From the NCBI GenBank assembly GCA_010405405.1, contig MU004238.1, positions 941,530 through 1,005,529 of the forward strand: a stretch of DNA of 64,000 nucleotides, read 5' to 3'. Numbering within the stretch: the first letter of the stretch is position 1; each line of letters begins with the position of its first letter. The position numbers and the translations under genes are program-made. This document shows, piece after piece, positions 52,474 to 64,000 of this stretch. This stretch comes from Microthyrium microscopicum (lineage: Eukaryota). The notes beneath the pieces were generated by a model. That model did no database searches, was not told the origin of the DNA, and saw nothing but the letters and a program-made list of their open reading frames with translations.

Positions 52474-54201
52474 TAACAACTAGACAATGGCGAGGCCGGT
52501 GAGGCCGGTAGATATGGTTAGGAGGAAATACGGCGATGTTTAAGCGTGAATAAGAAAGAGTAGGTTGCTGACAGGCACTTAAGACTACCGGCATCCCAGC
52601 TAAGGCTTTGCGACAGGCGTTAACCTTGAAACAGGCGACCAGAGGCGATAAACAAAAGGATGAAAGAATCGAGATCCTAGCAGATGCAGAGCCAGCCTTG
52701 TGCTCTCGACGAAGACATGTGCATGAGCGGCGAGCCTATAAGGTAGTGGGCAGAAGATTTAAGAGGAGCTGGGCGAAAGCGGGCAAGTGGAGGAAAAGCA
52801 GATGTCAATCCAGCAGGTCGGGATCGTGGACTGGGGGCCAGGCGTCGCGAAGTTGGTTGTACCAGCCAGGGCTAATGGATCGCCAATAGGTATAATTGGA
52901 AAGAAGCGGCATTGTTGATGAATAATATGACAGGACAGAATTGTCTGGTGACTGTAGTAGTTGGGCTCTCCACAACAGCATTGAAGGTGAGACTGTAGTC
53001 GTCGACCCTCCCCAGACTTGTGACGCCACAGTCCGCGATAGGCAAACGGGCAGACCACAATCTGCAAGACATAAAGAGATCTTGGAGCTTGGACGATTCA
53101 ATCGGACAATAACTCCAAAGTGGCTGGATTTCTTTGCAAACCTTTCATTAGAGTAATAGAGTCTAGACAAGAACATAATAGACATCGGATGTAATGAACT
53201 CTTCTTGATGCGACTTGCAAATTGTTTGCCATCTGCGGTTACTCCCGTTGATGTTCACCAGGAGCAATGCCTCGTCGACGCCCTTTGCATGTAACACAGC
53301 GTAATTTTCACCCGCGATTGGCAGAGCCTCTATATAGTTTCCAGCGAACGGGCGAAGCGCGTTTTAGCACTAGTAAAGGGGTTGGCTTGCGCCTCCAGTT
53401 CTGAGTTGCCAACATCTTCGCACGCGACTTGGTGCCACTAGTAGCTTTATCTCAACTTCATCCATTTCTGAGCCCTCGCATTTTTTCATCTTACACTTTC
53501 GCAAAGTACGAGCAAACGCTTCTTCCAGTCGCACGACTTCTTGTGCTGGGCAATTACCTCCTTCCAAGCCGTGCGCATTGTGCAACCGCCAAGGGTCGCT
53601 CACGACGCGGATTGCCTCTGTCATCATCCGTTGGGGGCAACCTCTTTGTCTCTAAGGAGACTTTCTTTCAGTCCCGTCGTGATCGCTACTCAGGGGTTGA
53701 TTGACCTGCTACGTCACCAATAATTCCTCACGATCTTCTGAGCCCAGCCACGTGGAAAGACCTTCCAGCTGGGAACAGAGGGGAGCATAGGAAGAGGTAG
53801 ATGGTCCATCGACCCGGTTCGGCAGTAACACAGTATCTAAAACAAAAAATGAGGTTCGGACTGATTGCGAATCATCTATTCTCTCTACTTCACCAAAGGC
53901 GCCAATGCCCACGCTGCAACTCAGCTTTTCAGAACGATAAAGTTTGCACTTCCATTGTACCCTCGAGTTGGGCTATGTACAGAGATAAAAAGAGAAGATA
54001 TCTTCAAAGGATATGACATCTGGGATCTAAAAACATGTAAGTCGATGGGGAAAATCTATTTTAATGACCATGAGGGCGACCTATGGGTCCAGTATGCTCC
54101 TATCGCTGAAAACGCCTTGCCAAACGTGGAACCAGATGCAGATTCAACGACGCAGCACTACCACGTTTGAAATGCATAATACAAAATACGGAAGACATCT
54201 T

Positions 54202-55497
54202 CTATACGAGGCCCGGTTTCGCTGTCTTGTTTGTCGTAAAATTCCAAACATCGACCGTGCATTCGTCAAGTGTCTTTTCAGTCTTCCATTCTAGTTCTGT
54301 TGCAGCTCGGTCAGTGCCTGCAATGCAGAAACCAACATCTCCAGGTCTCCGTCCCGTCTCGACGACTGGAATTTTCTTTGATGAAGCCTTTTCCAGACTG
54401 GCTACAACTTCTTTTACAGTGTAACCTCTGCCAGATCCGAGATTGAAGGCTCTGAATGGCTCCTTGATTCGACCTTTGGCAGCGGCAGCCAACGCGGCGA
54501 TATGGCCTCTAGCCAAGTCTGTGACATGGATGTAATCGCGTACAGCAGTCCCATCTGGAGTGTCATAATCCGTTCCAAATACTTCGAGCTGATCTTTGGA
54601 GCCGGTCAGAACTCGAACTACAACTGGAACCAGGTTGGTGGGCTTTTGTCTTGGATCTTCCCCAAGAAGGCCTGAGCTATGACAGCCAACTGGGTTGAAG
54701 TACCGAAGAGCTGTGATATTCCAGGTAGGATCTGATTTTGCCACATCAAAAAGAATTGCTTCGCACATCCACTTCGTTCTTCCGTATGGCGATGTAAGAC
54801 CAAAGACTCCTGGCTCTTGAGTAACCTGATTGCCTTCCGAGTTGGTGTAGGTGGTTGGTTCATGCACACACATTTCTTCTCTCAAGGCGACACCTTCATT
54901 GGCCTTGGTACCATAAATTGTTGCTGATGAGGAAAAGACGAAGTTCTGAATCCCATTCTCTTGGAGAAGTTGAAGGAAGTTAACCATTCCACAAACATTA
55001 TTGAGATAATACGGAATTGGCTGGCTTATTGATTCTTCCACAGACTTGTACGCAGCGAAATGGATAACGCCTTTGATCTTGCAGGTCTGGTTTCCATCGA
55101 TAGAGAGATGCGCAGGAGTCATATAGCTCGAAATTATCGATCGCATTACTGGAGACTTATAGTCGGCCTCGTGGAACTTGAGCGTTCGCCGCGGTTTTTG
55201 GTTTTGTTGCCAATATTCGGAAGCCAGGAACTCTACTCGATCGATGACTTCGCGATACGAGTTGCTCAGATTGTCAACAACCACTACATTGTATCCTTCT
55301 TTCAAAAGTTCAAGGGTCGTATGGCTTCCAATGAACCCTAATCCTCCGACCACCAGGATGTAGCTTTCGTCTTGGCTGATGCTCAGTGGTGCAACTCCAT
55401 TGTCATCGAAGAGTGTGGATGATCTTGTCGCCGGTGTATCCATCGTCCCTTGACCCCCAACCATTTCTGAAGTACTGCTAGCTCGCGATTCCGACAT
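54202..55497 (-). CDS. uge3: UDP-glucose/UDP-GlcNAc 4-epimerase, Uge3-type
   Basis: GGLGFIGSHT, IHFAAYKSV, FSSSA, YGRTK and LRYFNPVG. N-terminal extension and GAG-cluster context. Confidence 0.88.
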   Translation of the reverse strand: MSESRASSTSEMVGGQGTMDTPATRSSTLFDDNGVAPLSISQDESYILVVGGLGFIGSHTTLELLKEGYNVVVVDNLSNSYREVIDRVEFLASEYWQQNQKPRRTLKFHEADYKSPVMRSIISSYMTPAHLSIDGNQTCKIKGVIHFAAYKSVEESISQPIPYYLNNVCGMVNFLQLLQENGIQNFVFSSSATIYGTKANEGVALREEMCVHEPTTYTNSEGNQVTQEPGVFGLTSPYGRTKWMCEAILFDVAKSDPTWNITALRYFNPVGCHSSGLLGEDPRQKPTNLVPVVVRVLTGSKDQLEVFGTDYDTPDGTAVRDYIHVTDLARGHIAALAAAAKGRIKEPFRAFNLGSGRGYTVKEVVASLEKASSKKIPVVETGRRPGDVGFCIAGTDRAATELEWKTEKTLDECTVDVWNFTTNKTAKPGLV

Positions 55498-56187
55498 CGA
55501 GGCGATTGTGAGAGAACCCTCTGGAACGTCGACCGAATTTGTACAGAGAGAGTTTCTCTAAAATGTATGAATAGGGTTAAACGACAACAAATAATTGGAT
55601 TGGATTGCGCACTGGTATCTCTATCGACATGCGACAGTTTCGAAACAGCTTTATAATGGCCAAGTACAGACAGCGGAGAACTAAGCTCCCGCTGTTATAT
55701 ATGAAACCTCCCTCCCCATGATTGATGTGCCCCGGAGCATAGATGAGCAATTGGCCGTGCTTCGATACCCCATCATGTCATAGAGACACGGTTCTAGCAA
55801 CAAACACTAGTCATTTGCCTGGCATTCAGGTTTTTGGTTGCATTCTCGACTCTGCCAACGACTTTGCCCCCGGCCTGGGCCATACCCATGCGAAATACGC
55901 TGGGACCCCCAGCCATTGTAGACACCTCGATAATTAGATGATTTGGATCTACTTTGCACGAGGCGCCTCCATCTGCGGCAATCATGCTCGCAAAGTTGTA
56001 TTAGATTGCCAGAAGGTCGCGGCCGATCTGTTGGTCGACTAGCCACTCTTTCAGCTTTCCATCCAAGGAAAATTTTCGATCACTGACTTTTGATTATCTG
56101 ATCTCGTCTTGCCGTTTCTTTTTGTTTCTCAGATGCAACCAACTTACGACCTTCCTTTCAATAAACTTTAGCCCACGGCCTAGCGCC

Positions 56188-57309
56188 ATGGGAAATGCCC
56201 CACACCAAAGACCTCACCACCAGGAGAGAGGCCTTCAATGGAGACTCTCATGTGTCGTCTTCGCGATACTCAGCGCGCTGCTCTCTGCAGTTCCAGTTGT
56301 TGCTAATGTTGCCAAAACCTCGCGAGAGTCAGTTGCTCCGAGGTCTGGTATGTTAATACCACTATACATGTACCCTGTCCCCGGGGCATGGGACCCCCTA
56401 TACACAGCGTGAGCACTGCCTTGACTGATATATTTTCCCTTCATTTGCGTCCCGTCTCTAACCGCATACTCACAGGATTCAAACGCATCCATCTGTTGAT
56501 TTCATTGTGGTGATCAATCCCGCCAGTGGGCCTGGAGCAGGAGCTCTTCCGGATTCAAACTTTGCTCGGGAGATTATGCGAATGAATTCATATCCCAACG
56601 TTCGAACGATAGGATATGTCGCCGCCAACTATGGAAGAAAGGCTGCGGCTGAGGCATTTGCTGAAATTGGGAAATACACGGGCTGGAGTCAGTCGAATCC
56701 GCAACTTGCTATGCAGGGCATATTTCTAGACGAATCGCCGCAGCTTGCCGATTCGCCAAACAGGACGTTTCTAGAGCAAATCAGAACCAATGTGAAGAGC
56801 AACAAGGCCCTCTCTGGTGGCCTACTCGGTAAGCTAGTCAAACTCTCTTTTCCTCGAACCCATCACAGCGATCATGCACAATCTTGTACACTTGCCGTTG
56901 TTGCCTTGTTGAATAATTTCTTCCAAAGCTTCATCAGCACATACACCTTCCTGATATTCTCGTTCTTTGATAAAGCGACGCTAATGCGAGACGATTCACA
57001 GTGATGAACCCAGGTATGATACCGGATAATCAAATTCTGCAAACAGCAGATCGGACAGTAGTTTTCGAAGAACGATATCAAACCTACGTCAACTTGCAGG
57101 CTGCAAAGCAGCTTGCCGCCCTGCCAGATAGGAACGCGCTCGTATGCTTAATGCACTCGATTCCAGCAGACATGGACAAAGTTCAAATTAAGGCTATCGT
57201 TAACGAGTTGCGCGAATTAGCTGGGAGCATATTTCTCACCGATCTCTCAGACTTGTACTATCAACAGTTCAGCCCCAGGTTCCAGGATTTTGTTGATGCC
57301 ATGGTCTGA
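56188..57309 (+). CDS. sph3: Spherulin-4 family glycoside hydrolase (GH135), Sph3-like
   Basis: N-terminal TM segment, LIPLYMYP, VINPASGPG, GIFLDE, MNPG and VVFE. Introns about 56409-56476 and 56829-57001. Confidence 0.9.
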
Positions 57310-59833
57310 ACTACCAAGATTGAGAACAGGCAGCTTTGAGAAGAAAAGCTCCGACAGGAGATTTGAATGATCTTGGGATGCAATCGCAAGATCGAACTAT
57401 CTCATTCCATAGCTCTCACATTTGCCTGGAACCCGGCTCATATATCCAAGTTTGCATTTTTACGATTATCTTTAGACTCTTGTAAGATCACTGGCCGGAT
57501 CACGATCAAGGATTCATACATTTAGAAAGAAAGCGGCATTTCAGATCTACATATATTGTTTTGATATTCCAACTGCAGACGGATGCATATGTATATAGTA
57601 ATCAGTCATCCTTCTGTGTTGAAATCAGTCTTCTCAGATAAAAATAACCTCTGTGAAAGCATCAAGAGCCAGTGACAAAGTCAAATCCACTCCCTAGGAG
57701 CAACCTCATCAGCTGGGCTTTCTTATCATTCACATAACCAACGACCAAGAAATTGCGGGACAATTCCAGAACAAAGGTCAAGGTTCCAAATATCCTCGTG
57801 AACGATTATGTTTATTCCTGGCTTCGAATCGAAATGAGCCAAAGAAAATCTTCTTCGAAATTTACATCAACATGAAAGGTTACCCTTCTGCCTTGTTAAT
57901 GAAATAACGATTTTCTACCAGGAAAGAAGTCTATTAATAACACCAGATCTTGGACTTAAACTGATGTAGTATATAACCAGACTCATATGATAATCACCTG
58001 TGCAAAAGGCCAATCAGTTTGTGGGCCGTGAGGATACATACAAGGGCACTGTCAGTTTGCATTTGACCCATTGCACATGAAACTTAGTCAAATTTGTTAT
58101 ACTAGATCATAAAGCCTCGAGCCTCTTATTCATGCAACAATTGCTTAGGTCTTCTGATCATGTGGAAACTTCGTCGGCAGAAGATATTACCTGCAAGACT
58201 GACAGTTTTTAAACACGACCGCTCATGCGAGGTTACAGTCATAAAGCTGATCTGATTGAAGTAGAACTTATCTTATAGATCAAAACTCTAACTAGTGTAA
58301 TCATCTCAAGCTGACATGGTATCGCTTGATCAGTGGATTGTTACTAGTCGCTTGTCTATCGTCAACGGAAGATCGGTTTGTGAAGAGTAACTCTTACTCA
58401 AACCAGAGGCTCTTGAGCGCCCTATGGCAAAGTCTTGCTCATTCGAGTATAAAGCCTGATGAGTTCTTATTAGTCGCTCGATACACGCGGGACACTTCAT
58501 ATGAGCTACCCGGGACATGAACTCTATGTGAATTTGCAGCCTCAAGATCTGTTGATTGATTTGACTGAGAAGTACGTTGTGCATCGGCCATTGAGCCTCC
58601 CATGTTTCGCCGACGCTTCTAGAATGTAGACACCTTCTCTGTTGATACCCTTTCCGTCACTCTCATGCGTTGCATCGGGCCTTTCCCTAGACAACCATGT
58701 GCCATATAGCTATGTGCTGGGATTCCCCACGTTGTGCATATAGTGCGACTTAACCAGGATCCATGTCAAAATCTCTGCATCATGCAAGATCTAGAGTCAC
58801 AAGAGCGCGTTGATCTACCAATAAATTGACGCAACGGGAGATTCATGTCCCACTCAGAAAATGGACAGGAGATATCAGGGATTGTTTGGAAACCGAGAGC
58901 TGTCATCCTGATGGATCTTGCAGAGAAAGTGATAAAAACGTGCGATTTTTTAGCTTTCAACTTCACCTGCTGATGAGGCGCAAGGACGATCCAGCTCCCG
59001 GTATCAATCTCACGAGGCTCTTGCTAGTTGACTAGTCGAATCGTTTTGATTACTTGCATTAGCTTACAGTAGTCCAAGACAGTTACGGGAACGCAGAGGT
59101 CGACATCTCGTCCATTCGGGCACTATGGCATCAGATCTGGCATATTATTTTGTGCATGAACAAGCCCGAATGTGACGAAGAGGACTTTTCGGTGAAAATA
59201 ACAATATGTCTGGTCACATTCTCTGCCTAGTCATGCAAAACCCTGATCAATTTGCTTACGCTGGAGGGCAGAAAGTTCAAAGCGGATATTTATTTACCAA
59301 GCGTCGCTCTTTCACTGTGGCCGAGAGCATCGAACTTAACTTCTTAGGTATTGATACTAGTCCGTCGGGCAAATTGATGTTAGTCTTGGAGGCTCCGCTT
59401 GGGTGGAGCTCTTCTTGACCAAGTCAACTGAACCTCTATGCCTTCTTTTTTGACTTGTCCCGTGAAATGAGCCGACCTGCAATAAGGCTCCACCAAACAG
59501 TTCGTGGGTCGGAGAAGAACACTAGTAAAGCAGGCCGGGAAAGTCGTTAAAGATGAAGTTGATAGCTGGCAGACACAAATGAGATGGACCAAACGAATTA
59601 ATGAGTGATTGGTTTTGTATGCAAAACGCCATGCCAATGCTGTAAACGAATGCTGTCTAAGTAATATCCTATTCATGACTCCATGCTCCTGCCAGTGTTG
59701 TAGATAGTATCCTGATTCTTTGAGTAACCGGATACCGCGATCTCGTAATGGCCCTAGCAGATCAGCCTCTATTACATAAGACTTCAGGATTGTCAATTAT
59801 GTCGGGGTTGTTGATGTTGCGCCACTAGCAATG

Positions 59834-60888
59834 TTAGTTTGATGCTACAAACGTTTCTGAAACTTTAACTAACTTGCACTGCTCAATCCAGCCGTCCAAG
59901 TTGAAGTTCTTTATGACTGTACTGAATTCGTAGGATCCATTGGCAGGTCCATCGTTCTTGCAGAAATTCGAGGCAAAGTTTGACTTAACCTCTGAAGGGT
60001 ACTCGATGTGGAAAACAGGTTTGCCGCTTTTGATGAAAGGGCTGTACTTGTCGCACTCCGAGAATTGGACGCACTGTTCCTGGACGCTAAACTGTACCGC
60101 TGGCAGTACACTGGGGATGATGGCAGCGGCGTTCTTGAGGCCGAGACCCATGCGCAACGACTGCGTCTGGTTACTCATCCATCCTATGAAATTAATAGAA
60201 TCGGTTTGTGTCATTCCAATGCCGTTGTCATTATCCTACAAGAGATGATTAGCAAGTACTCCAGCTAGTCCTTCCAAAATCAGGTACTCACATAAGCATC
60301 CATGTTATCTGGATCGATGGCATCGCACCCCTTTTGCGCTGCCAAATTGATTCGGCTAGTCATGATACTCCTCACGTTATCGCTATTCAGATTGAGCCAT
60401 TTCTCACCAGGCCAACCTTTCAGCCCTTTGCCTTGATCGCTCGCCTTGAATTGATTCGAATCTGGTCTGTCTGGCTCATAGCTGCCAGCACTAAAGTAGC
60501 ATATAACTTTCTTGCCCAAGTTGTGTAGAGTATCAATTGTCGATTTTGGTGTCAAGAACAGATCAATGTCGAATATGCCAACATCCGGAACGACACTGGA
60601 AGCGCCATCAGGAACGTTGATCGACTTCAACAAGACAATCTGCCAGGTTGAATTGACTGGAGGCTGGTATACTGAGCCATTTGTAGGTGCTGTTGGTAGA
60701 GGCGATGCTGGTGTTGTTGATGATTCCGAATTGTCTCCACCACTTCCATTGTTCAAGCCTAGACCCAGTCCGAGTCCAAGGCCCAGTGCGACGATGAAGA
60801 TGCCGACAGCGATGGCAATAACAAGAAGTTTTCCTCGCCGACTCCTGCGTCCCCACCAACTGCCTGATTTCATCTTTTGCTCGTCCAT
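59834..60888 (-). CDS. ega3: Endo-alpha-1,4-polygalactosaminidase (GH114), Ega3-like
   Basis: Type II TM (LGLGLGLGLG), DIDLF, VICYFSAGSYE, GCDAIDPDNMD, GLKNA, EQC and PVFHIEY. One intron about 60237-60291. Confidence 0.9.
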
Positions 60889-62552
60889 TGTATCCTCGCA
60901 CCTATAACCAACAATAGTCTCTACCGGTTTGTATTGAATCTGCTGTGTGAATGGGCGCGAATCAGCTCAGATAGCCGCTCAACGGGTTCCAATGTGGATG
61001 CGAGGCGGAGGGAAGCTAAACGCTTACTGCGAATAGGCTTTGCCTGTGAATGGTGCGGGAAATGGAGAAAGAGGGCTCGAAGACTTGGGAGCGGTTGTTC
61101 GCTATCTAACCATAGCGAATGGTATAGATTTGAACGAAATGTAACGAGCGACAATCGAGCTTTGGCGATGCTCGCGGAGGTGCGAAGGAAAGCGTATCTG
61201 CTAGATTAAAGAGGAGGGCTGGTACTGGTTGGCTGTTAATGCTCGGTGCGACCTTCTACTATGTATGCCTACTAGTCGCAGAAAAGCAGAATCATGGTCC
61301 CAGCTGGACAATGGAAAGAGTCCACGGATGGATGCATGGAAGACAAATCACAAAGTGGTGTTGGTTTAGACTCTCTAGTGAGCTGAAAGAGACTCCACTT
61401 TTCACGCGTTCTAGAAGGCGTTTTGGAAGGTTTCCTCGTTGTGGCTTGATTCTAGCGGCAAATCAATGCAAGGGCCTAATTCTGTTGATCTGCATTGTTT
61501 GCTTATTTGGGCACGACAGGCTTGACACTCCAAGTTCACCGAGTACCGTAACTACCTGTCATCGTCCAAACCGCCGCCCATGTTTGACGTTCTCACGTCT
61601 AGTCCTTCTCAGTCAGTTGAGCAGAAACCAAGATAAGCGATAGGTACCCTAGGCTGTGGCGAAGAGTGAAGACTCGCTACCCTATGCGTCAGCCCTCAAG
61701 GGCTTCAATATCACCATATATTTTATATGTTATGTTTGAAGAGACTTTTCCGCACTCAGCTAAGCAAGCTCAGTACATGTTGCGATATGTTCGTCTTTGG
61801 TAACTTAGTCCCTATGTGCAGAGAAGCTATCCTTGTTTTGCTTACTACGTTGGCTTTCGTATCCACGGCAGCTGGTCATGAATTGTCTACAATTTCCTTT
61901 TCGAAATTGCTAACTACGATGATGCCAGTAATCAATCGAATTTCGACAAAAAAAGGACCTGGTCGAAAAAGTTCGTCAGCTAATCGGGGTCGCCTTCTTT
62001 GATTAGTTTGAACGCTATAATTTTCAGGACGTACTGCCGTTGATTATTTCTTTTTCGAACCGGACGCAAAGCAGATCTCTGGAAACACCAGAAAGGCTAG
62101 AGGTTCACGAAAATCGATTGTGTAAATCGTGTAGTTGCGTTATCTTCAATTGGATGATTTTATGATTGGGAATGTCCTTGACAAAATGGGAGCACCTGAA
62201 GATTGTGACTATATTTTCTAACTGTTTTGATGTCTTGTAGACATATGATGAGAGCCACCCAGAACCGTCATGGTCACGCGTCACAACGCTACCTGGTACG
62301 GTAGATATAATACATCGTGTCAATATCTCTTAATGATGCGCAACATGGACATTATACACAAGCTGCGTGCTTGAAATGCACCTTCCCAAACGCCTCCTAG
62401 CTGCAATATGCATATATATCAACAATAAGGTAGACAAGCTACTACGCTATGAGTAGTGTCCAGTACAATAAACGTGCAAGCTTCTTTTTCATGTCCAACC
62501 ATGGAGGATCGCTTGATATAAGAGACTTGCAAATGCAAAAAGCGAAGGGCCA

Positions 62553-64000
62553 TTATAGCCGTATGGGCTCGCGGAATGGAACAGTCACTGGTTGGCCTTC
62601 CATCTTGACCCAAAAGGTCAAAGGGTCGTTTCCAACCTTTTCACGCTTCGCGTTGGCTGGTGTGGCGGCTTCTACTGGAAGAGTGACTGGTATGGGTACT
62701 TTGCACTTGTTTTGCGTGGCGGTAGTGACAGTGATGGAGATGACTGAGTTTCCATCGTCCGAGTAGTTCCATAAAATACCCGGACTGCATTGATCGCGAG
62801 ACATGCGGTCCATGAATGCCTGCGCGGTATCGTCATGTTTCAGAGTGATGATGGGCCAATCCGTGCTGATAAAAATATTAGCATGCTGCAAACATTGGCT
62901 ATGGTATTACAGGGCCTGGAACTTACAGGCGAACCATCTCCTGGGTGACAATTTCGGTCCATGTTTGCATAAGACCGAGTTGAAGCTCCACTCCGTTCAC
63001 CATAGTGGTTGGGACATCAGCCACTCGCAAGTTGGCTTGATGGAACATGTACCTAAACAGATTAGCTGCTTGCTTGCGATCAGAAATAAAATCGACCTAC
63101 GGGTCCCAATGAAGACCTAGCAAATACTTCGTATTGGTATTTCTTGCGTCGTCCAACAAGTGCTGGTAGTCACCAGAGCCACCAGAAGTAGTTGTCCACT
63201 CATTCAAGGTACAATCGGGAAGGTCACAATTATAGTATATCGTGGTAGCCCATCGTGGCATGATGACCAATCCTGGGTAACCGTTGACAGCATTCGTAGA
63301 GATTGCTGGCCAATACTCATTCTGCTGATTCCGTAGAATAGGACGGGTGTTATCGCCAACAACGTGTTTGATACCATTATCCATCCACGCTTTGATAGTA
63401 TCTGCGTTATGTAGTCCAGTGATAGCTGGTGGAATAAGGCCGGCAGTGGAATAGCGTTTGGCAGCGGAGATGCCTGATTGCTGAAGCCACGCGCGGTTGA
63501 AAGAGATTTCTTTCGATGCATCGGCGTAAGTGGCATTGTTGAGGGCCTCATGAGTGCTTGTACGGTTAGCTATATCCTCGTTATGGACATGCATATGGAG
63601 GACTATACTTACAATGTGTGAGAGACGTGCATGAATGCGTCCCGCTTAGTTGGGTTCTTGAACCATTGCATCAATGGATCAAGATTAGCGCAAGTTGTTG
63701 ACCAGCGATAAACCTGTGGAGCGGCAGGCCAGATATCAACTCCTGATCCCGGCAGTTTGACGTACTCGAGAACAGTATCGACCTGATCTGGATATTCTAT
63801 CGCTTCAATTGGGTTGCAAACGCCTTGCTGATTTAAAGCAACAGCAGCCTCGATATCACCATTGCCGTTGTGACCGATCTCGACCATATAGTTGGAGCCT
63901 TTGGGCAATCTGCGGTTGATGTCTTTCATCCAGGTAATATGGTGCTCTAAATCTGATGGTCGAAGGCGGAAAGTTGAACCTTGAGGTTGATACAAATCGG
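62553..64000 (-). CDS. agd3: GAG deacetylase Agd3-like (CE18), 3' part; 5' end off-window
   Basis: EIGHNGNGDIE, HVSHT|THEALNNATY, IPPAITGLHN, VGDNTRP, PRWATTIYYNCD, MFHQANLR and WPIITLKHDD. Confidence 0.9.

Noticed and set aside
55498..56187. SomA-type GTACTCCGTAC site in the uge3/sph3 divergent promoter
   Set aside because: No convincing match seen.
57400..59800. Possible extra gene inside the GAG cluster between sph3 and ega3
   Set aside because: Only short ORFs without motifs. Appears to be a convergent intergenic spacer.
1..64000. CRISPR arrays, rRNA, tRNA or prokaryotic systems
   Set aside because: None recognised. The sequence is intron-rich fungal nuclear DNA. A covariance-model scan would be needed to exclude small ncRNAs.

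Overview
Eukaryotic DNA from a filamentous ascomycete (Pezizomycotina, probably a melanised Dothideomycete). The evidence is short GT-AG introns with CTRAC branch sites, Zn2Cys6 factors, RIP-like mutated transposons and scytalone dehydratase. The window holds about 20 protein-coding genes: a hybrid histidine kinase (3' end off-window), a calpain-like protease, a CE12 esterase, PTH2, MRPL24, a metallo-beta-lactamase-fold protein, an Acr-2-like Zn2Cys6 factor, a MATE / APC permease / ureohydrolase trio, a Nam8/Ngr1-like triple-RRM protein, SCD1, an NADP oxidoreductase, a second Zn2Cys6 factor, and four of the five galactosaminogalactan (GAG) cluster genes (uge3, sph3, ega3, agd3; agd3 runs off the right edge). 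There are two AT-rich, RIP-degraded DNA transposons: a Mutator element with a 10-bp TSD and a TA-flanked TIR element in the kinase promoter. The most notable observations concern splicing. (1) A predicted [D1,2] stwintron at the 3' end of the Nam8-like gene: the first splice creates a stop codon (…PMK*) and simultaneously a new donor that reaches a coding-like exon 1.3 kb away. (2) An obligatory 2-nt microexon in the ureohydrolase gene. All exon boundaries were read by eye and none is transcript-verified.
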